Shown: positions 54,850 through 64,000 of the stretch, in pieces
How positions within the stretch are numbered: the first letter of the stretch is position 1
Layout of the letters: each line of letters begins with the position of its first letter
Source: an uncultured Bacteroidota bacterium
Lineage (GTDB): Bacteria; Bacteroidota; Ignavibacteria; Kryptoniales; JAKASW01
Reading direction: 5' to 3'
DNA length: 64,000 nt
NCBI GenBank assembly: GCA_963790995.1
Contig: CAWBQQ010000001.1
Coordinates: forward strand, 642,034 to 706,033
Made by a program: the position numbers and the translations under genes
Notes under the pieces: generated by a model
The model's input: the letters and a program-made list of their open reading frames with translations, nothing else
Told to the model about the DNA's origin: nothing
Databases searched by the model: none

Positions 54850-55281
54850 TCAACTCGTGAGAATCTCGCGAAGTGCAAACACAGCAGCAAAATAGGAGAA
54901 CTTCCCGAACCCGGTCACCGTCCCTTTGCACACTTCGGAAATTGCGCTCTTCCTCCTGAATTCCTCTCGGGCAAACACTTGCGAAAGATGGACTTCGACG
55001 ACGGGTGTTTTTATCGACGCAATCGCATCTCTCAAAGCGATGCTATAATGTGAAAGTGCACCGGCATTCAACACGACGCCGTCGAAATCGTCTTTGCCGG
55101 CAGTTTGAATTTTGTCGATCAGATCACCTTCGCTGTTCGACTGAAAAAACTCAAAGTCGATCTCCGAAAATTTTTCTTTGAGCTGCGAGTTGATCATCGC
55201 AAGCGTATCATGTCCGTAAATCTGCGGCTCACGCAAACCTGTCAAATTAAGATTAGGCCCGTTAGCTACGAGAAGTTTCAT
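54850..55281 (-). CDS. aroQ: type II 3-dehydroquinate dehydratase
   Basis: 143-aa ORF. LVANGPNLNLTGLREPQIYG and NAGALSHYS. Confidence 0.9.
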   Translation of the reverse strand: MKLLVANGPNLNLTGLREPQIYGHDTLAMINSQLKEKFSEIDFEFFQSNSEGDLIDKIQTAGKDDFDGVVLNAGALSHYSIALRDAIASIKTPVVEVHLSQVFAREEFRRKSAISEVCKGTVTGFGKFSYFAAVFALREILTS

Positions 55282-55546
55282 TTCGAGTCTCCGTTTGTTC
55301 TTCGATGTATTCGCGCACTGCCGGCTTCAAAAAGAGATTTTCAATTCCCACTTCACGCAGACTTTTTGCAAGCGTGATTGCGCGGTGCTTCGGATCGAAT
55401 TTCTTATTGATCACGATCAGCTTCTCTTCTTTGAGAATGCAATAGCCGCCGCTAAAATCTCCTTTTTCATAAATCACCTTAAGCCCCAATTGAGATGCGG
55501 CTTCCTCAAGCTCAGCTATTAACGCTTCGGTCTTCAGCTTCGGCAT
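55262..55546 (-). CDS. hypothetical 94-aa protein
   Basis: ORF overlaps both neighbours by 20-35 nt. No motif recognised. Confidence 0.35.
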   Translation of the reverse strand: MPKLKTEALIAELEEAASQLGLKVIYEKGDFSGGYCILKEEKLIVINKKFDPKHRAITLAKSLREVGIENLFLKPAVREYIEEQTETRNETSRS

Positions 55547-56159
55547 TTTGCAACATCTTTTCTGGTTTATTTGTTTTAATAGGCCGGAAGATCAGGGCTC
55601 CGATCGCACTGTAGTATGATAGAAGTGCGATCACAGACAGTCCTCCGAGGCCGCTCACTCGTTCCACGAATAACTTCCTCATTTCATCCCGAAGCGGGCC
55701 AGGATCCGATCCTAAAAACAATTGCAACTGAAAGTCCACGTATGCAAGGAAGAATTTCAGATCAAGATATGAAGTATATAATTCAATCGGGATAAAAATC
55801 ACAAATAAGATCACGGCCATCAAGACATTCGGATGTTCCTTCATCTTTAATTTCGATTTGAAGATGAATATCCAGAATCCCATGAAGGCAAGGAAATATC
55901 CGAAAACGACGAGCAATGAAATTCTTGCGAGAAGGTTATATACCTCTTTTTCGGCATCGAACGGAATGTCTTGACGGAATTTAAGAGTGCCGAGCTCGAC
56001 GAGATCGTTCTCTATTATCCCTCGCGCTGTTGAGCCGCCAAGGTAGAATATGCCGCCGACAACTATGACGAAAAGCGCCCAACGCGCCCCCTTTGAAAGT
56101 TGGACATCCGCTTCGCCGGAATGCCCCGGGTTAAGAGATTCTCTTGCTGTCTCGTTCAA
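55512..56159 (-). CDS. hypothetical membrane protein (4-5 TM)
   Basis: 215-aa ORF with several long hydrophobic segments. No family recognised. Confidence 0.45.
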   Translation of the reverse strand: MNETARESLNPGHSGEADVQLSKGARWALFVIVVGGIFYLGGSTARGIIENDLVELGTLKFRQDIPFDAEKEVYNLLARISLLVVFGYFLAFMGFWIFIFKSKLKMKEHPNVLMAVILFVIFIPIELYTSYLDLKFFLAYVDFQLQLFLGSDPGPLRDEMRKLFVERVSGLGGLSVIALLSYYSAIGALIFRPIKTNKPEKMLQNAEAEDRSVNS

Positions 56160-56181
56160 CTTTTCACTTCCAATTCGTCAG

Positions 56182-57024
56182 CTACAACGATTCGGGGGAT
56201 TCAATAAATTCAGCGACGCACCTCTGCGGAAGCAGCGACCGCTCAAACGCCAAATCCAAAAACATCTGAATCGCTTCTTTACCCTTCTTCCCGTAATCGA
56301 GCGTCCAATCGTTCACATACATTCCGACAAACTTATCGGCAAGGCCCGTGTTCATGCCGCGGGCAAACCCTATCGCGTACTTCAAGGCCTCGTCCCGGTG
56401 ATTTAGTGAATAAGCGATGCTTTTCTTCAGATAGTAAGCAATACCCTTCTTTACTTCGAGAGGCAAATCGCGCCTAATGACATTCCCGCCGAGCGGGAGG
56501 GGCAGACCGAATTTTTCTTTAAACCATACGCCAAGATCAATTATCTTGCGAAGCCCCTCTTTTTCATAAGTGAGCTGCCCTTCATGGATAATCAATCCGG
56601 CTTCGAACTCGCCGGATAAAACTTTGTCGATTATTTTATCAAACGGAACGACTTCATATTCGAAAGAGCCCGCAAAGATACTCAGCGCAAGAAAAGCGGA
56701 AGTCAGTTTTCCCGGGATTGCGACTTTAAGATTATTTATATCTTCAACTTTATAAGGCTTCGTGCTGACAACCATAGGGCCGTAGCCATCTCCCATACTC
56801 GCGCCGCTGCTCAACATCTGGTACCTGCCGGAGATGTAAGGGTAAGCATGAATTGAAACCGCACTTACTTCATATTCACCCACCATGGCTTTGTGGTTAA
56901 GCGTCTCGATGTCGCTAAGGACGTTCTCAAATTCAATTCCGCCCGTATCAAACCTTTTATTTGCGAGCGCATAAAACATAAATGCATCGTCGGAATCGGG
57001 ACTGTGAGCAACTCTAATCTTCAA
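56182..57024 (-). CDS. MqnA/MqnD-family menaquinone (futalosine pathway) enzyme, MqnD-like
   Basis: 280-aa ORF. IRVAHSPDSDDAFMFYAL resembles the 1,4-dihydroxy-6-naphthoate synthase N-terminus. Confidence 0.65.
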   Translation of the reverse strand: MKIRVAHSPDSDDAFMFYALANKRFDTGGIEFENVLSDIETLNHKAMVGEYEVSAVSIHAYPYISGRYQMLSSGASMGDGYGPMVVSTKPYKVEDINNLKVAIPGKLTSAFLALSIFAGSFEYEVVPFDKIIDKVLSGEFEAGLIIHEGQLTYEKEGLRKIIDLGVWFKEKFGLPLPLGGNVIRRDLPLEVKKGIAYYLKKSIAYSLNHRDEALKYAIGFARGMNTGLADKFVGMYVNDWTLDYGKKGKEAIQMFLDLAFERSLLPQRCVAEFIESPESL

Positions 57025-57748
57025 ACTTCATACCTTCCTTCTTCATAAAAGTAAATGCAGATGGGCACAATTTATCGACAACGCACACATCACATTTGGG
57101 AAGCCGCGCAACACAAGCTTTCCTGCCGTGTGACATCAAAAGATGGCAAAGATTTGTCCATTCTTTCTTTGGAAACATTTCCATTAAATCAAATTCAATT
57201 TTAGCCGGATCGTTTTCTTTGGTGAAGCCGAGTCGATGCGCAAGCCTTTTCACATGTGTATCGACTGCGATCCCGGGAACTCCGAACGCATTTCCGAGAA
57301 CGACATTGGCCGTCTTCCTGCCGACGCCGTCGAGCGACAGCAGCTGTTCCATAGTACGCGGAACTTCCCCGCCGAATTTTTCCATTATCGATTTGCTGCA
57401 ATTGACAATCGACTTTGCCTTTTGCCTGTAAAATCCTGTCGATTTTATTTCTTCCTCAATTTGGCCCAAGTCAGCCTCAGCAAGACTTTTCGGCGACGGG
57501 TGTCTTCTAAAAAGTCCCGGCGTAACCATGTTCACACGTGCATCCGTGCATTGCGCGGATAATATCGTAGCGATGAGAAGCTCGAACGGCTTGCTAAAAT
57601 TCAACGCGCTTTTCACTTCGGGGTACTCTTTCTTCAGAAGTGCCAACACTTTCCGAGCTCTCTTTTCAGTCGAAATAGTTCCGCGTTGTGATTTTGTTCT
57701 TATAGGGACAGTTTTCCGCGTCATTAGCTTCGTTTTCAGTACACACAA
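57014..57748 (-). CDS. nth: endonuclease III
   Basis: 244-aa ORF. LIATILSAQCTD, HhH-GPD region LDGVGRKTANVV, DTHV, and a C-terminal C-x6-C-x2-C-x5-C cluster. Confidence 0.9.
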   Translation of the reverse strand: MCVLKTKLMTRKTVPIRTKSQRGTISTEKRARKVLALLKKEYPEVKSALNFSKPFELLIATILSAQCTDARVNMVTPGLFRRHPSPKSLAEADLGQIEEEIKSTGFYRQKAKSIVNCSKSIMEKFGGEVPRTMEQLLSLDGVGRKTANVVLGNAFGVPGIAVDTHVKRLAHRLGFTKENDPAKIEFDLMEMFPKKEWTNLCHLLMSHGRKACVARLPKCDVCVVDKLCPSAFTFMKKEGMKFED

Positions 57749-57789
57749 ATTTAGCTAAATGCCGAGGAAGAGAAAAGTCCGATGACGGG

Positions 57790-57827
57790 CAACCTTGTCA
57801 GGGTCAATATAGCCCTTGACAAGGTTG
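57790..57827 (-). terminator. strong hairpin between serpin stop and nth start (terminator-like)
   Basis: CAACCTTGTCAGGG (loop) CCCTTGACAAGGTTG gives about 14 bp with a one-nt bulge. No clean U-tract follows. Confidence 0.45.
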
Positions 57828-57838
57828 TATAAACTCGG

Positions 57839-59110
57839 TCAGTTTGCGCTTACCGCTGCCGGATCGACTACCACGCCCATGAACATAATAGTGTTATCGT
57901 GGTTCTCTTTGATGAGGTAAATGAAGGGCCGATTGACATTAACCATGTACGGCCCGCTGTGACCACCCCCGTCAAGTGCAAGATTCATAATCACAACCGT
58001 CACCGCTGCGGCTTCGGTTCCCTTTTCATTGACAGCAATATACGTCTTGTGCAATACATCCGATATTACTAGTTCCCCTCCAGAGTTTATCCTCGTGAAA
58101 TCCGCACCGGGAGAGAATGCTATTCCCATCCCCATCTGCGTAAGCACGTTTTTTAAACTCGTGGAATATTGCACCTTGAATTTCGGCATGGTCAACTCGA
58201 CATCTTGCGGCTTAAGGCCGCCAATTATGCTGCTGATCTCATTTTGATTCAAAGCAGAAGCATTCGCTGATGAAGAAATAGTATTCGGCAATAGAACCAC
58301 CATACTGTAGTTACCCTTCCCATAAGGAAGCTCTACAGCCTGGAAGATCGAATCGGCATAATAGTTCAAAGTATCATGAACGATCATCATTGAATCGGAT
58401 TCCGTGGCCCCGCCGGCTAATTGAAACGTGTTTACACGCGAGCTTGAAGTATCAGCGAAATCGTACTTCCATGTCCCGTTGAAGTAGAGGGCGTTTATCA
58501 GGTACATCACGGTGTTGGCATCAATTGGCGGGTTAATTATGCTTTGAATCTTACCGTTCGTTTTGTCGCTCACCCACGAGTTGATCGTATTCGCCGCATC
58601 GGGGTTGCTAAAATCAAGCGGTCTTACCTCGGCGTCGTAATAAATCGAGTCAGTCGTCAAAAAAGTGCTGAGCACCGGGAAGGTGTTCCTGTACCATATC
58701 GAATTGGCAATGTTGAAAGTCACATTCTGATCGAGAGTACTGAACATGGCGATCAAGCTCTGGTACGATTGGTTAATTTCATCATTGGTCAGTCCGTTGA
58801 GCCCGAGAGTTTGCTGCATCGCAGAATAGGTCTGGCTGTTTGTTCCGCCACCGTTCAGAGTCATTGCCAGCGCCATAGAAACACTGAGAGGTGAGATGAA
58901 AAAGTTTTTCCCCTGTTCCTGAGTCGCAACCTGTCCGAAAAGGTTCGTTGCAAATACATTCGTCGCAGACTCGACTTGTTTTTCATTTGCACTAATAGTT
59001 GTCTGGCCGGTATTGCCATTGATAGGTCCCGTCACGTGACTGCACCCAGAGCTAATCACGATGCTTGAAACTGCCAGACTGAGAATGATAATTACATGAC
59101 TGCGCTTCAT
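57839..59110 (-). CDS. serpin-family protease inhibitor, lipoprotein
   Basis: 423-aa ORF. Lipobox VISSGC. Inhibitory-type hinge EKGTEAAAVTVV and NRPFIYLI near the C-terminus. Confidence 0.85.
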   Translation of the reverse strand: MKRSHVIIILSLAVSSIVISSGCSHVTGPINGNTGQTTISANEKQVESATNVFATNLFGQVATQEQGKNFFISPLSVSMALAMTLNGGGTNSQTYSAMQQTLGLNGLTNDEINQSYQSLIAMFSTLDQNVTFNIANSIWYRNTFPVLSTFLTTDSIYYDAEVRPLDFSNPDAANTINSWVSDKTNGKIQSIINPPIDANTVMYLINALYFNGTWKYDFADTSSSRVNTFQLAGGATESDSMMIVHDTLNYYADSIFQAVELPYGKGNYSMVVLLPNTISSSANASALNQNEISSIIGGLKPQDVELTMPKFKVQYSTSLKNVLTQMGMGIAFSPGADFTRINSGGELVISDVLHKTYIAVNEKGTEAAAVTVVIMNLALDGGGHSGPYMVNVNRPFIYLIKENHDNTIMFMGVVVDPAAVSAN

Positions 59111-59312
59111 AATATCTCCCCTTTTTAATGTTGCACAATATCTATCGTCCGGGTATTTTGACCAAGATACTTATTATGTAATTTTAGATGGTACATAAAT
59201 AAGAAGCAAGTCTGGATCTTGCCGGATGATTCGATAAACCTTTCGTGTCACTATTCGTCAAATTAGGGAGAAGTTGCAGAATTCAACGATACAGACCAAA
59301 AGGAGATTTTCT

Positions 59313-60200
59313 ATGCGGCATTTGAAGTACCTTCCTATCGTTATTGTCTTCGCGTCGTTAAGTTTCAACGGGTGTACAAGCTCGCTTCTAGTCAAGAGCG
59401 ACTGGAACGAAAATAAAATTGTAATAGACGGAAAAGACAATGACTGGGACGACACCATGTTCTACATCCCTGATGCGGAATTGACGGCGGGGGTGCACAA
59501 CGACAGCAATTATTTGTACATCATACTTAAAACCACAAATAGGATGCAAACATTTCAAGTCCTCGGGTCTGGACTTACCGTTTGGTTCGACCGATCGGGA
59601 GGGACTTCTCAGAATTTTGGAATTCATTTCCCGTTAGGAAGAGGCGAAGGGGGAGAAATGAGCCAACCTTCATCTTCCGAGGGATCTTCGACAAGCAGCG
59701 CCGACAATCCCGACGAAGATACAAATCAAACGTCCAGCTTTGTCGACATGATGCCAAACGAACTCGAGATCTTAGGCGTGAATGAAAACGGGCCTGTTCG
59801 ATTGACAATTGCCGATGTGAAGGGTATAGAATTGCAGATGAGCCACAACCGCGAGGGACTCATATATGAGATGAAAGTTCCACTTCACACTTCGCCCGAC
59901 CATCCTTACGCGATCAATCCGAAAAGCACGAGTGTCGGAGTTGAATTTGTTACCGGAAAATTTAAGGCGCGAAGCCAAGGAGAGGGAATGGAAAGACATG
60001 GTGAAGGTGAAGGCGAAGGTTCCGGAGGAGAAGGCGGTGGTGAAGGCATTCCTGGTGAAGGGGGAATGGGAGGATATGGTGGAATGCGGGGCGGAGGTGG
60101 TGGGCGAGGCAGACATTTTGGCGGCGAAAACGGCGGTCAGCCGCCGAAGCAGATCGATTTCTGGCTTAAAGTTAAGCTTGCCTCAAGCTCTGGTCAGTAA
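59313..60200 (+). CDS. lipoprotein with CBM9/DOMON-like N-domain and Gly/Glu-rich low-complexity C-terminus
   Basis: Start at ATG 59313 (AAGGAG 8 nt upstream) is preferred to the TTG at 59274. Lipobox LSFNGC, then IVIDGKDNDWDD, then GEGEGEGSGGEGGGEG...GGMRGGGGGRG. Confidence 0.6.
   Translation: MRHLKYLPIVIVFASLSFNGCTSSLLVKSDWNENKIVIDGKDNDWDDTMFYIPDAELTAGVHNDSNYLYIILKTTNRMQTFQVLGSGLTVWFDRSGGTSQNFGIHFPLGRGEGGEMSQPSSSEGSSTSSADNPDEDTNQTSSFVDMMPNELEILGVNENGPVRLTIADVKGIELQMSHNREGLIYEMKVPLHTSPDHPYAINPKSTSVGVEFVTGKFKARSQGEGMERHGEGEGEGSGGEGGGEGIPGEGGMGGYGGMRGGGGGRGRHFGGENGGQPPKQIDFWLKVKLASSSGQ
59998..60110 (+). repeat. in-frame GGT/GAA/GGC low-complexity codon repeat (Gly-Glu-rich tract)
   Basis: catGGTGAAGGTGAAGGCGAAGGTtccGGAGGAGAAGGCGGTGGTGAAGGC... 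lies inside the lipoprotein CDS. Confidence 0.7.
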
Positions 60201-60230
60201 ATCAAAGTTCCATTCTAGTGTATTAAGAAT

Positions 60231-60258
60231 ACAGCATTAGTGTAAGCACTAATGCTGT
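60231..60258. terminator. perfect 12-bp hairpin between convergent genes (bidirectional terminator candidate)
   Basis: ACAGCATTAGTG taag CACTAATGCTGT. The 3' arm overlaps the last codons and the stop of the CPBP gene (stop at 60249-60251). Flanks are AT-rich. Confidence 0.55.
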
Positions 60259-61343
60259 GCCATGGCATTCCGTCCCTTTAAAGCGACATAATCAAAGGCC
60301 GGCTTGATGCGCTTTTCCAATAGAAAATAGACAATTGCACCGGCCACGATAATAGTAGTTCCTATCCCTGCTTCCGGGCCATAACGACCGCCGGTCAGCC
60401 AATCAGGACCGTAATCTGTCGGGACAAAGATGGTACGATTTGTAAGAAGTCCGCTGACCGGAACTGACAGCACAAAACTCTGGACAAAATTCCACGAGAA
60501 GTGCAGCCCGAACGGGAAATACAATGTTCTCGTCTTGAGGTAAGCGACGCTGAGCCATACACCGGCAAGCACTGTATTGATCGTTGAAAACAGATTTGCG
60601 TCCGGGTTCACCGAATGCAGCAAACCGAAGACAATCGACATTAAAATAATTGCGCCGACCGATCCGAGTCCTTCAATCAGCGCTTGAAAGGGATAACCTC
60701 TAAAAAGCAATTCCTCTCCCATCGCAAAATAGCCAAAGAATATGAAACTTAGCCCGAAGTTTCTCAGCAAGAGAATCGGATTGGCATTCGGTCTCAGACT
60801 CAACTTCAATGAACCTACAAGCAATTCGACTATCACGACAATTCCAATCATCAAAGCTCCGATAAAGAATCCGAGCAGGATCTCTTTCCAAATTCTCCCA
60901 TGATAAGGAAATCCAACCGAACTTAAACGGCGTTTATCGATAAATCGCAAAATTAGAAAAGTTGACACGAGAACGACGATGTAAAAGAGAAATGGAAAAG
61001 ACTGATCAGGGACAACACGCGACAGTTTTGCGAGGAGGGCCGAAAGATAATTGAGCAAGACGATCGACAGGAGGAAGAGAAGAACCCTCCAGCCGCTTCG
61101 CAAATAATGATCCGTGCCAAGCAGCAAATTATTCTTGGCAGCAAGTTCATCGGGGAGCTTTTTAGCTGTGAGAATTGCGATAATCCCGATGACTCCAAGG
61201 ACGAGACCCAGGATAAACCAATTCCCCTGGTCCCTCTGCTTTTCTTGGGCAATCACCGCAGAAAGGACAGCACAGGCTAATCCATATAAGACGACAAACT
61301 GCCAGTACTCGGAAATAAAATTAAAAACATTCAATGTGACCAC
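60249..61343 (-). CDS. CPBP-family (CAAX/Abi) intramembrane glutamic endopeptidase
   Basis: 364-aa ORF with 8+ TM segments. Motif 1 GEELLFRGY and motif 2 FGLLHSVN. Confidence 0.8.
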   Translation of the reverse strand: MVTLNVFNFISEYWQFVVLYGLACAVLSAVIAQEKQRDQGNWFILGLVLGVIGIIAILTAKKLPDELAAKNNLLLGTDHYLRSGWRVLLFLLSIVLLNYLSALLAKLSRVVPDQSFPFLFYIVVLVSTFLILRFIDKRRLSSVGFPYHGRIWKEILLGFFIGALMIGIVVIVELLVGSLKLSLRPNANPILLLRNFGLSFIFFGYFAMGEELLFRGYPFQALIEGLGSVGAIILMSIVFGLLHSVNPDANLFSTINTVLAGVWLSVAYLKTRTLYFPFGLHFSWNFVQSFVLSVPVSGLLTNRTIFVPTDYGPDWLTGGRYGPEAGIGTTIIVAGAIVYFLLEKRIKPAFDYVALKGRNAMAQH

Positions 61344-61418
61344 CTATTTTAGTTTGATTCTTCTCCGCTCGTCGCTCAGTATTGTTGGCCAACCCCTCTG
61401 TACCATCATAAATAAATC

Positions 61419-61688
61419 TCAACCGCGCCTTTCCGTATCTTTAAAGCGACCCTTTGAATTCAGAATCTGTTTTGCTTCTTCAACTATCTCTTTTTCCTTT
61501 CGTCGTTCATTTTCCTGCTCACGATATTCACGGTATACGGCAAAGCCGCCGAAAGCCCAGATCGAAATAGGAAGCGCTGTAAATACCGCTTTCACCGCGG
61601 GCGGAGCTTCGCTTTTCAACAAGACATAAAAGGCGACTGCCATGAAAATAAGCTGCAAAAACCAGACGATGAAAACTGTCCGATTCAT
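61419..61688 (-). CDS. hypothetical small membrane protein
   Basis: 89-aa ORF with 2-3 TM segments and a basic/acidic tail. Confidence 0.4.
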   Translation of the reverse strand: MNRTVFIVWFLQLIFMAVAFYVLLKSEAPPAVKAVFTALPISIWAFGGFAVYREYREQENERRKEKEIVEEAKQILNSKGRFKDTERRG

Positions 61689-61694
61689 ATCGAC

Positions 61695-62063
61695 TCACCC
61701 CGGCGGCCACTTCATTTGCCTGCCGCCGAGCAAATGAAGATGAACGTGGTCGACAGTTTGACCGCCTTCCGCACGGCAATTCCATACGAGCCTGAATCCA
61801 CGTTTTGATAAAGAGGCTTCTTCTGCAACTCTGACGGCAGTGGAGACCATTTTGGAAATCAGTGCGGAATTATCTGTTATACTATTCCTTTGCACGGAAT
61901 CTCCGACAAGCTCTATCAAACTTGGAATATGCTTTCTCGGAACAATCAAAATATGAATCGGCGCCACCGGATGCGCATCTTTGATTGCAAATAGGTCGTC
62001 ATCGGCGGCGACAAAAGTAGCTTGAGATTTACCTTCAGATATCTTGCAGAATATACAATCCAA
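61695..62063 (-). CDS. HIT-family protein (histidine triad nucleotide-binding, HinT-like)
   Basis: 122-aa ORF with a TTG start. MDCIFCKI...HILIVPRKH...GGQTVDHVHLHLLGG. Confidence 0.85.
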   Translation of the reverse strand: MDCIFCKISEGKSQATFVAADDDLFAIKDAHPVAPIHILIVPRKHIPSLIELVGDSVQRNSITDNSALISKMVSTAVRVAEEASLSKRGFRLVWNCRAEGGQTVDHVHLHLLGGRQMKWPPG

Positions 62064-62257
62064 TTCACGAAGTCCTAACGTGGCAGGGCCCCACCACGAA
62101 GTGAATCAGCAGCGGATTGCGAGCAGCTGGAAATATTTTTTTCATTATTGCAAAAGCCAGACATATCGAACCGGAAGATGATCGTCCAATGATGAACGAT
62201 TCTTCTATTCGAATCAGCATATTCATTTTTTGATTCGTGAATATCGCGTTGAATTCA

Positions 62258-63382
62258 TTAATCTTTTTCCGGTTGAAATTTTGAAACTTCTTCGACCACG
62301 GCATCGACAATTTCTTCTTCCTTAACGCGTCGGACGACTTCACCTTTGCGATATAATATTCCGACCCCTTTTCCACATGCCACCCCGATATCCGCCTCGC
62401 TTGCTTCGCCGGGTCCGTTCACAACGCAGCCGAGTATTGCAATTTTAACCGGCTTCTTCATCCCCGCCAGACGATCTTCGAGCTGGCGGGTAATCGAAAA
62501 CAAATCTACTTCAAGCCTGCCGCAAGTCGGACAGGCGATCAGCTCAATGTTCCTGGTCGCAAGTCCAAGAGATCGCAATATTTCCTTTCCAACCTCGACT
62601 TCTTTTGCCGGATCGTCCGTCAACGAAACTCGAATAGTATCGCCGATTCCTTCTGCCAGCAGCGTTCCTATCCCGATCGAAGATTTAATCGTGCCCACGC
62701 GAGTCGGCCCCGCCTCAGTAACGCCTAAATGCAACGGATAATCTGTCCGATGGGCAATCAATCGATAAGCTTCGATCATTAATCTCACATCGGTAGATTT
62801 CACGGAAATGATCACGTCGTGAAAATCGTTTTCCTCGCAAATTCCAGCATGGCGCATTGCGCTCTCGTAAAGTGCCTCGGCCGTTGGATATCCATGTTTC
62901 TCCAAAATGTCTTTTTCAAGCGAGCCGGAGTTCACCCCGATCCTGATCGGCACCTTTCTCTCCTTTGCAAGCGCCAGCACCTGTCGTATCCTTTCGACAC
63001 TTCCGATGTTCCCCGGATTAAGCCGCACTTTTGCGACTCCGCCTTCCAACGATTTCAACGCGAAGACGTGGTTAAAATGAATGTCGGCAACGACGGGTAT
63101 CGGAGATTGATTAACTATTTCTCCAATTGTGGCGGCGGCCTCTTTGTCGTTCACCGTAACACGAACTATGTCGCAACCAGCATCCACAGCTTCGTTTATT
63201 TGTTTCACAGTCGCGTCTATATCGGAAGTCTTTGATTTCGTCATCGTTTGTACCGAGATCGGCGCTCCACCACCGACCGGAACATTGCCGATGTAAACCC
63301 GGCGAGACCTTCTTGGTGGAAATTTCAATTCAGGTTGTGTAATCGTATCTGATCTATCTGATATTATCGGCAACTCTATCAT
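62258..63382 (-). CDS. ispG: 4-hydroxy-3-methylbut-2-en-1-yl diphosphate synthase
   Basis: 374-aa ORF. VGGGAPISVQTMT, RVSLTDDP, and the C-terminal Cys motifs ACPTCGR and GCVVNGPGE. Confidence 0.9.
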   Translation of the reverse strand: MIELPIISDRSDTITQPELKFPPRRSRRVYIGNVPVGGGAPISVQTMTKSKTSDIDATVKQINEAVDAGCDIVRVTVNDKEAAATIGEIVNQSPIPVVADIHFNHVFALKSLEGGVAKVRLNPGNIGSVERIRQVLALAKERKVPIRIGVNSGSLEKDILEKHGYPTAEALYESAMRHAGICEENDFHDVIISVKSTDVRLMIEAYRLIAHRTDYPLHLGVTEAGPTRVGTIKSSIGIGTLLAEGIGDTIRVSLTDDPAKEVEVGKEILRSLGLATRNIELIACPTCGRLEVDLFSITRQLEDRLAGMKKPVKIAILGCVVNGPGEASEADIGVACGKGVGILYRKGEVVRRVKEEEIVDAVVEEVSKFQPEKD

Positions 63383-63483
63383 TGTATCCTCTATATTAAT
63401 TTAATAGTCACAAACGAACGTTGAAACACAAGGATGCCTTTGCTATTTCAACCTTTAGCTTATAGATTCTCACTATCCATCCA

Positions 63484-64000
63484 TCAATTCATTTTCTTGC
63501 TTGCATTGAACAAGACTTTCTTCTCCTCTTCGGTCAGCGAATCGTACCCCGATGCGCTTATTTTGTCGAGGATCTCATCCAATTTGTCTTGGTTTACGTC
63601 GTCCCGACCGCTTTCGAAGTGAGTATTCCCGGATTCGGATTGATTGCCTTTTTTGAGATCTTCGAAATCGGCATCTGTAATCACGTTCTTATCGGCGTAA
63701 CTTCTTGTTGAAGAAAATCGCCGTTGAATATTTTTTTTGCTCTCTGTAAAAAAACCGGAAATTCTTCCGAACGTGGGAATGGATCTGCGGTAAGCCACTA
63801 GATAAACGAATCCGACCAGTGCACCGCCTAAGTGTGCAAAGTGAGCGACACCGTCTTGTGTACCTGTGACTCCGTAGAACAATTCAATCCCGATGAAAAT
63901 CGCGACGAAATACTTCGCTTTGATCGGGAAAAGGAAATATAGATACACCAGCTCTTCGGGGAACAGCATTCCGAACGCGAGCAAAACTCCGTAAATCGCG
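63484..64000 (-). CDS. rhomboid-family intramembrane serine protease, C-terminal part (5' end beyond window)
   Basis: The reading frame stays open to the window edge (..AIYGVLLAFGMLFPEE). Contains the TM6 catalytic-His region HFAHLGGALVGF and a long hydrophilic tail. Confidence 0.7.
   Translation of the reverse strand, partial: AIYGVLLAFGMLFPEELVYLYFLFPIKAKYFVAIFIGIELFYGVTGTQDGVAHFAHLGGALVGFVYLVAYRRSIPTFGRISGFFTESKKNIQRRFSSTRSYADKNVITDADFEDLKKGNQSESGNTHFESGRDDVNQDKLDEILDKISASGYDSLTEEEKKVLFNASKKMN

Noticed and set aside
59998-60110. Tandem-repeat or CRISPR-like periodicity (GGTGAAGG units).
   Set aside because: It is an in-frame codon repeat encoding a Gly/Glu-rich tail. The units are 6-9 nt with no spacers and there are no cas genes. 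No CRISPR array exists in the window.
62065-62376. 103-aa ORF spanning the ispG 3' end and the ispG-HIT spacer, including an internal 53-codon ORF at about 62065-62226.
   Set aside because: The upstream half overlaps ispG out of frame. The remaining peptide has no motif and no convincing RBS, so it is most likely spurious.

Overview
64-kb chromosomal window with about 65 tightly packed genes, mostly on the minus strand and often 0-20 nt apart or overlapping. I found no rRNA, CRISPR array, transposase, integrase or prophage signature, and only one tRNA, tRNA-Pro(CGG). All calls come from reading motifs in the supplied translations and my own translations; nothing was searched against a database.

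Content is mainly housekeeping and cell envelope:
- an envelope-glycan cluster (Gfo/Idh/MocA oxidoreductase, GT-C-like membrane protein, HAD, WecB)
- EF-G2-type paralog, stand-alone TrpB2, HU, SppA
- the tight operon MutS / HerA-like ATPase / GAF-PP2C phosphatase / long ThyX / histidine kinase
- two back-to-back ABC export modules that each carry a LolA-like protein, one of them with four FtsX-type permeases as a duplicated pair
- PolX, PBP1A, LpxH, NusB, an ECF sigma / anti-sigma / periplasmic helical protein set
- AcpS, AroQ, MqnD-like, Nth, a serpin, a CPBP protease, IspG, a rhomboid

Gene content, including a bS22-like micro-protein, futalosine-pathway MqnD and LolA-like/FtsX clusters, suggests an FCB-group (Ignavibacteria/Bacteroidota-like) bacterium. 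That placement is inference only.

Most notable observations:
1. Six otherwise conserved genes, mutS among them, are each broken by a single frameshift, and all six are in the same direction (each gene span is 1 mod 3).
2. A periplasmic beta-propeller sensor ends in a short Cys/His-rich cytoplasmic tail instead of a kinase.
3. The duplicated LolCE-like permease pair sits behind a textbook promoter and palindromic operator with a TetR gene.
4. A HerA-like ATPase with no NurA partner is translationally coupled to a PP2C phosphatase.
5. A fused two-module ThyX has complementary degenerate motifs.

I did not find a compelling defence island or mobile element.
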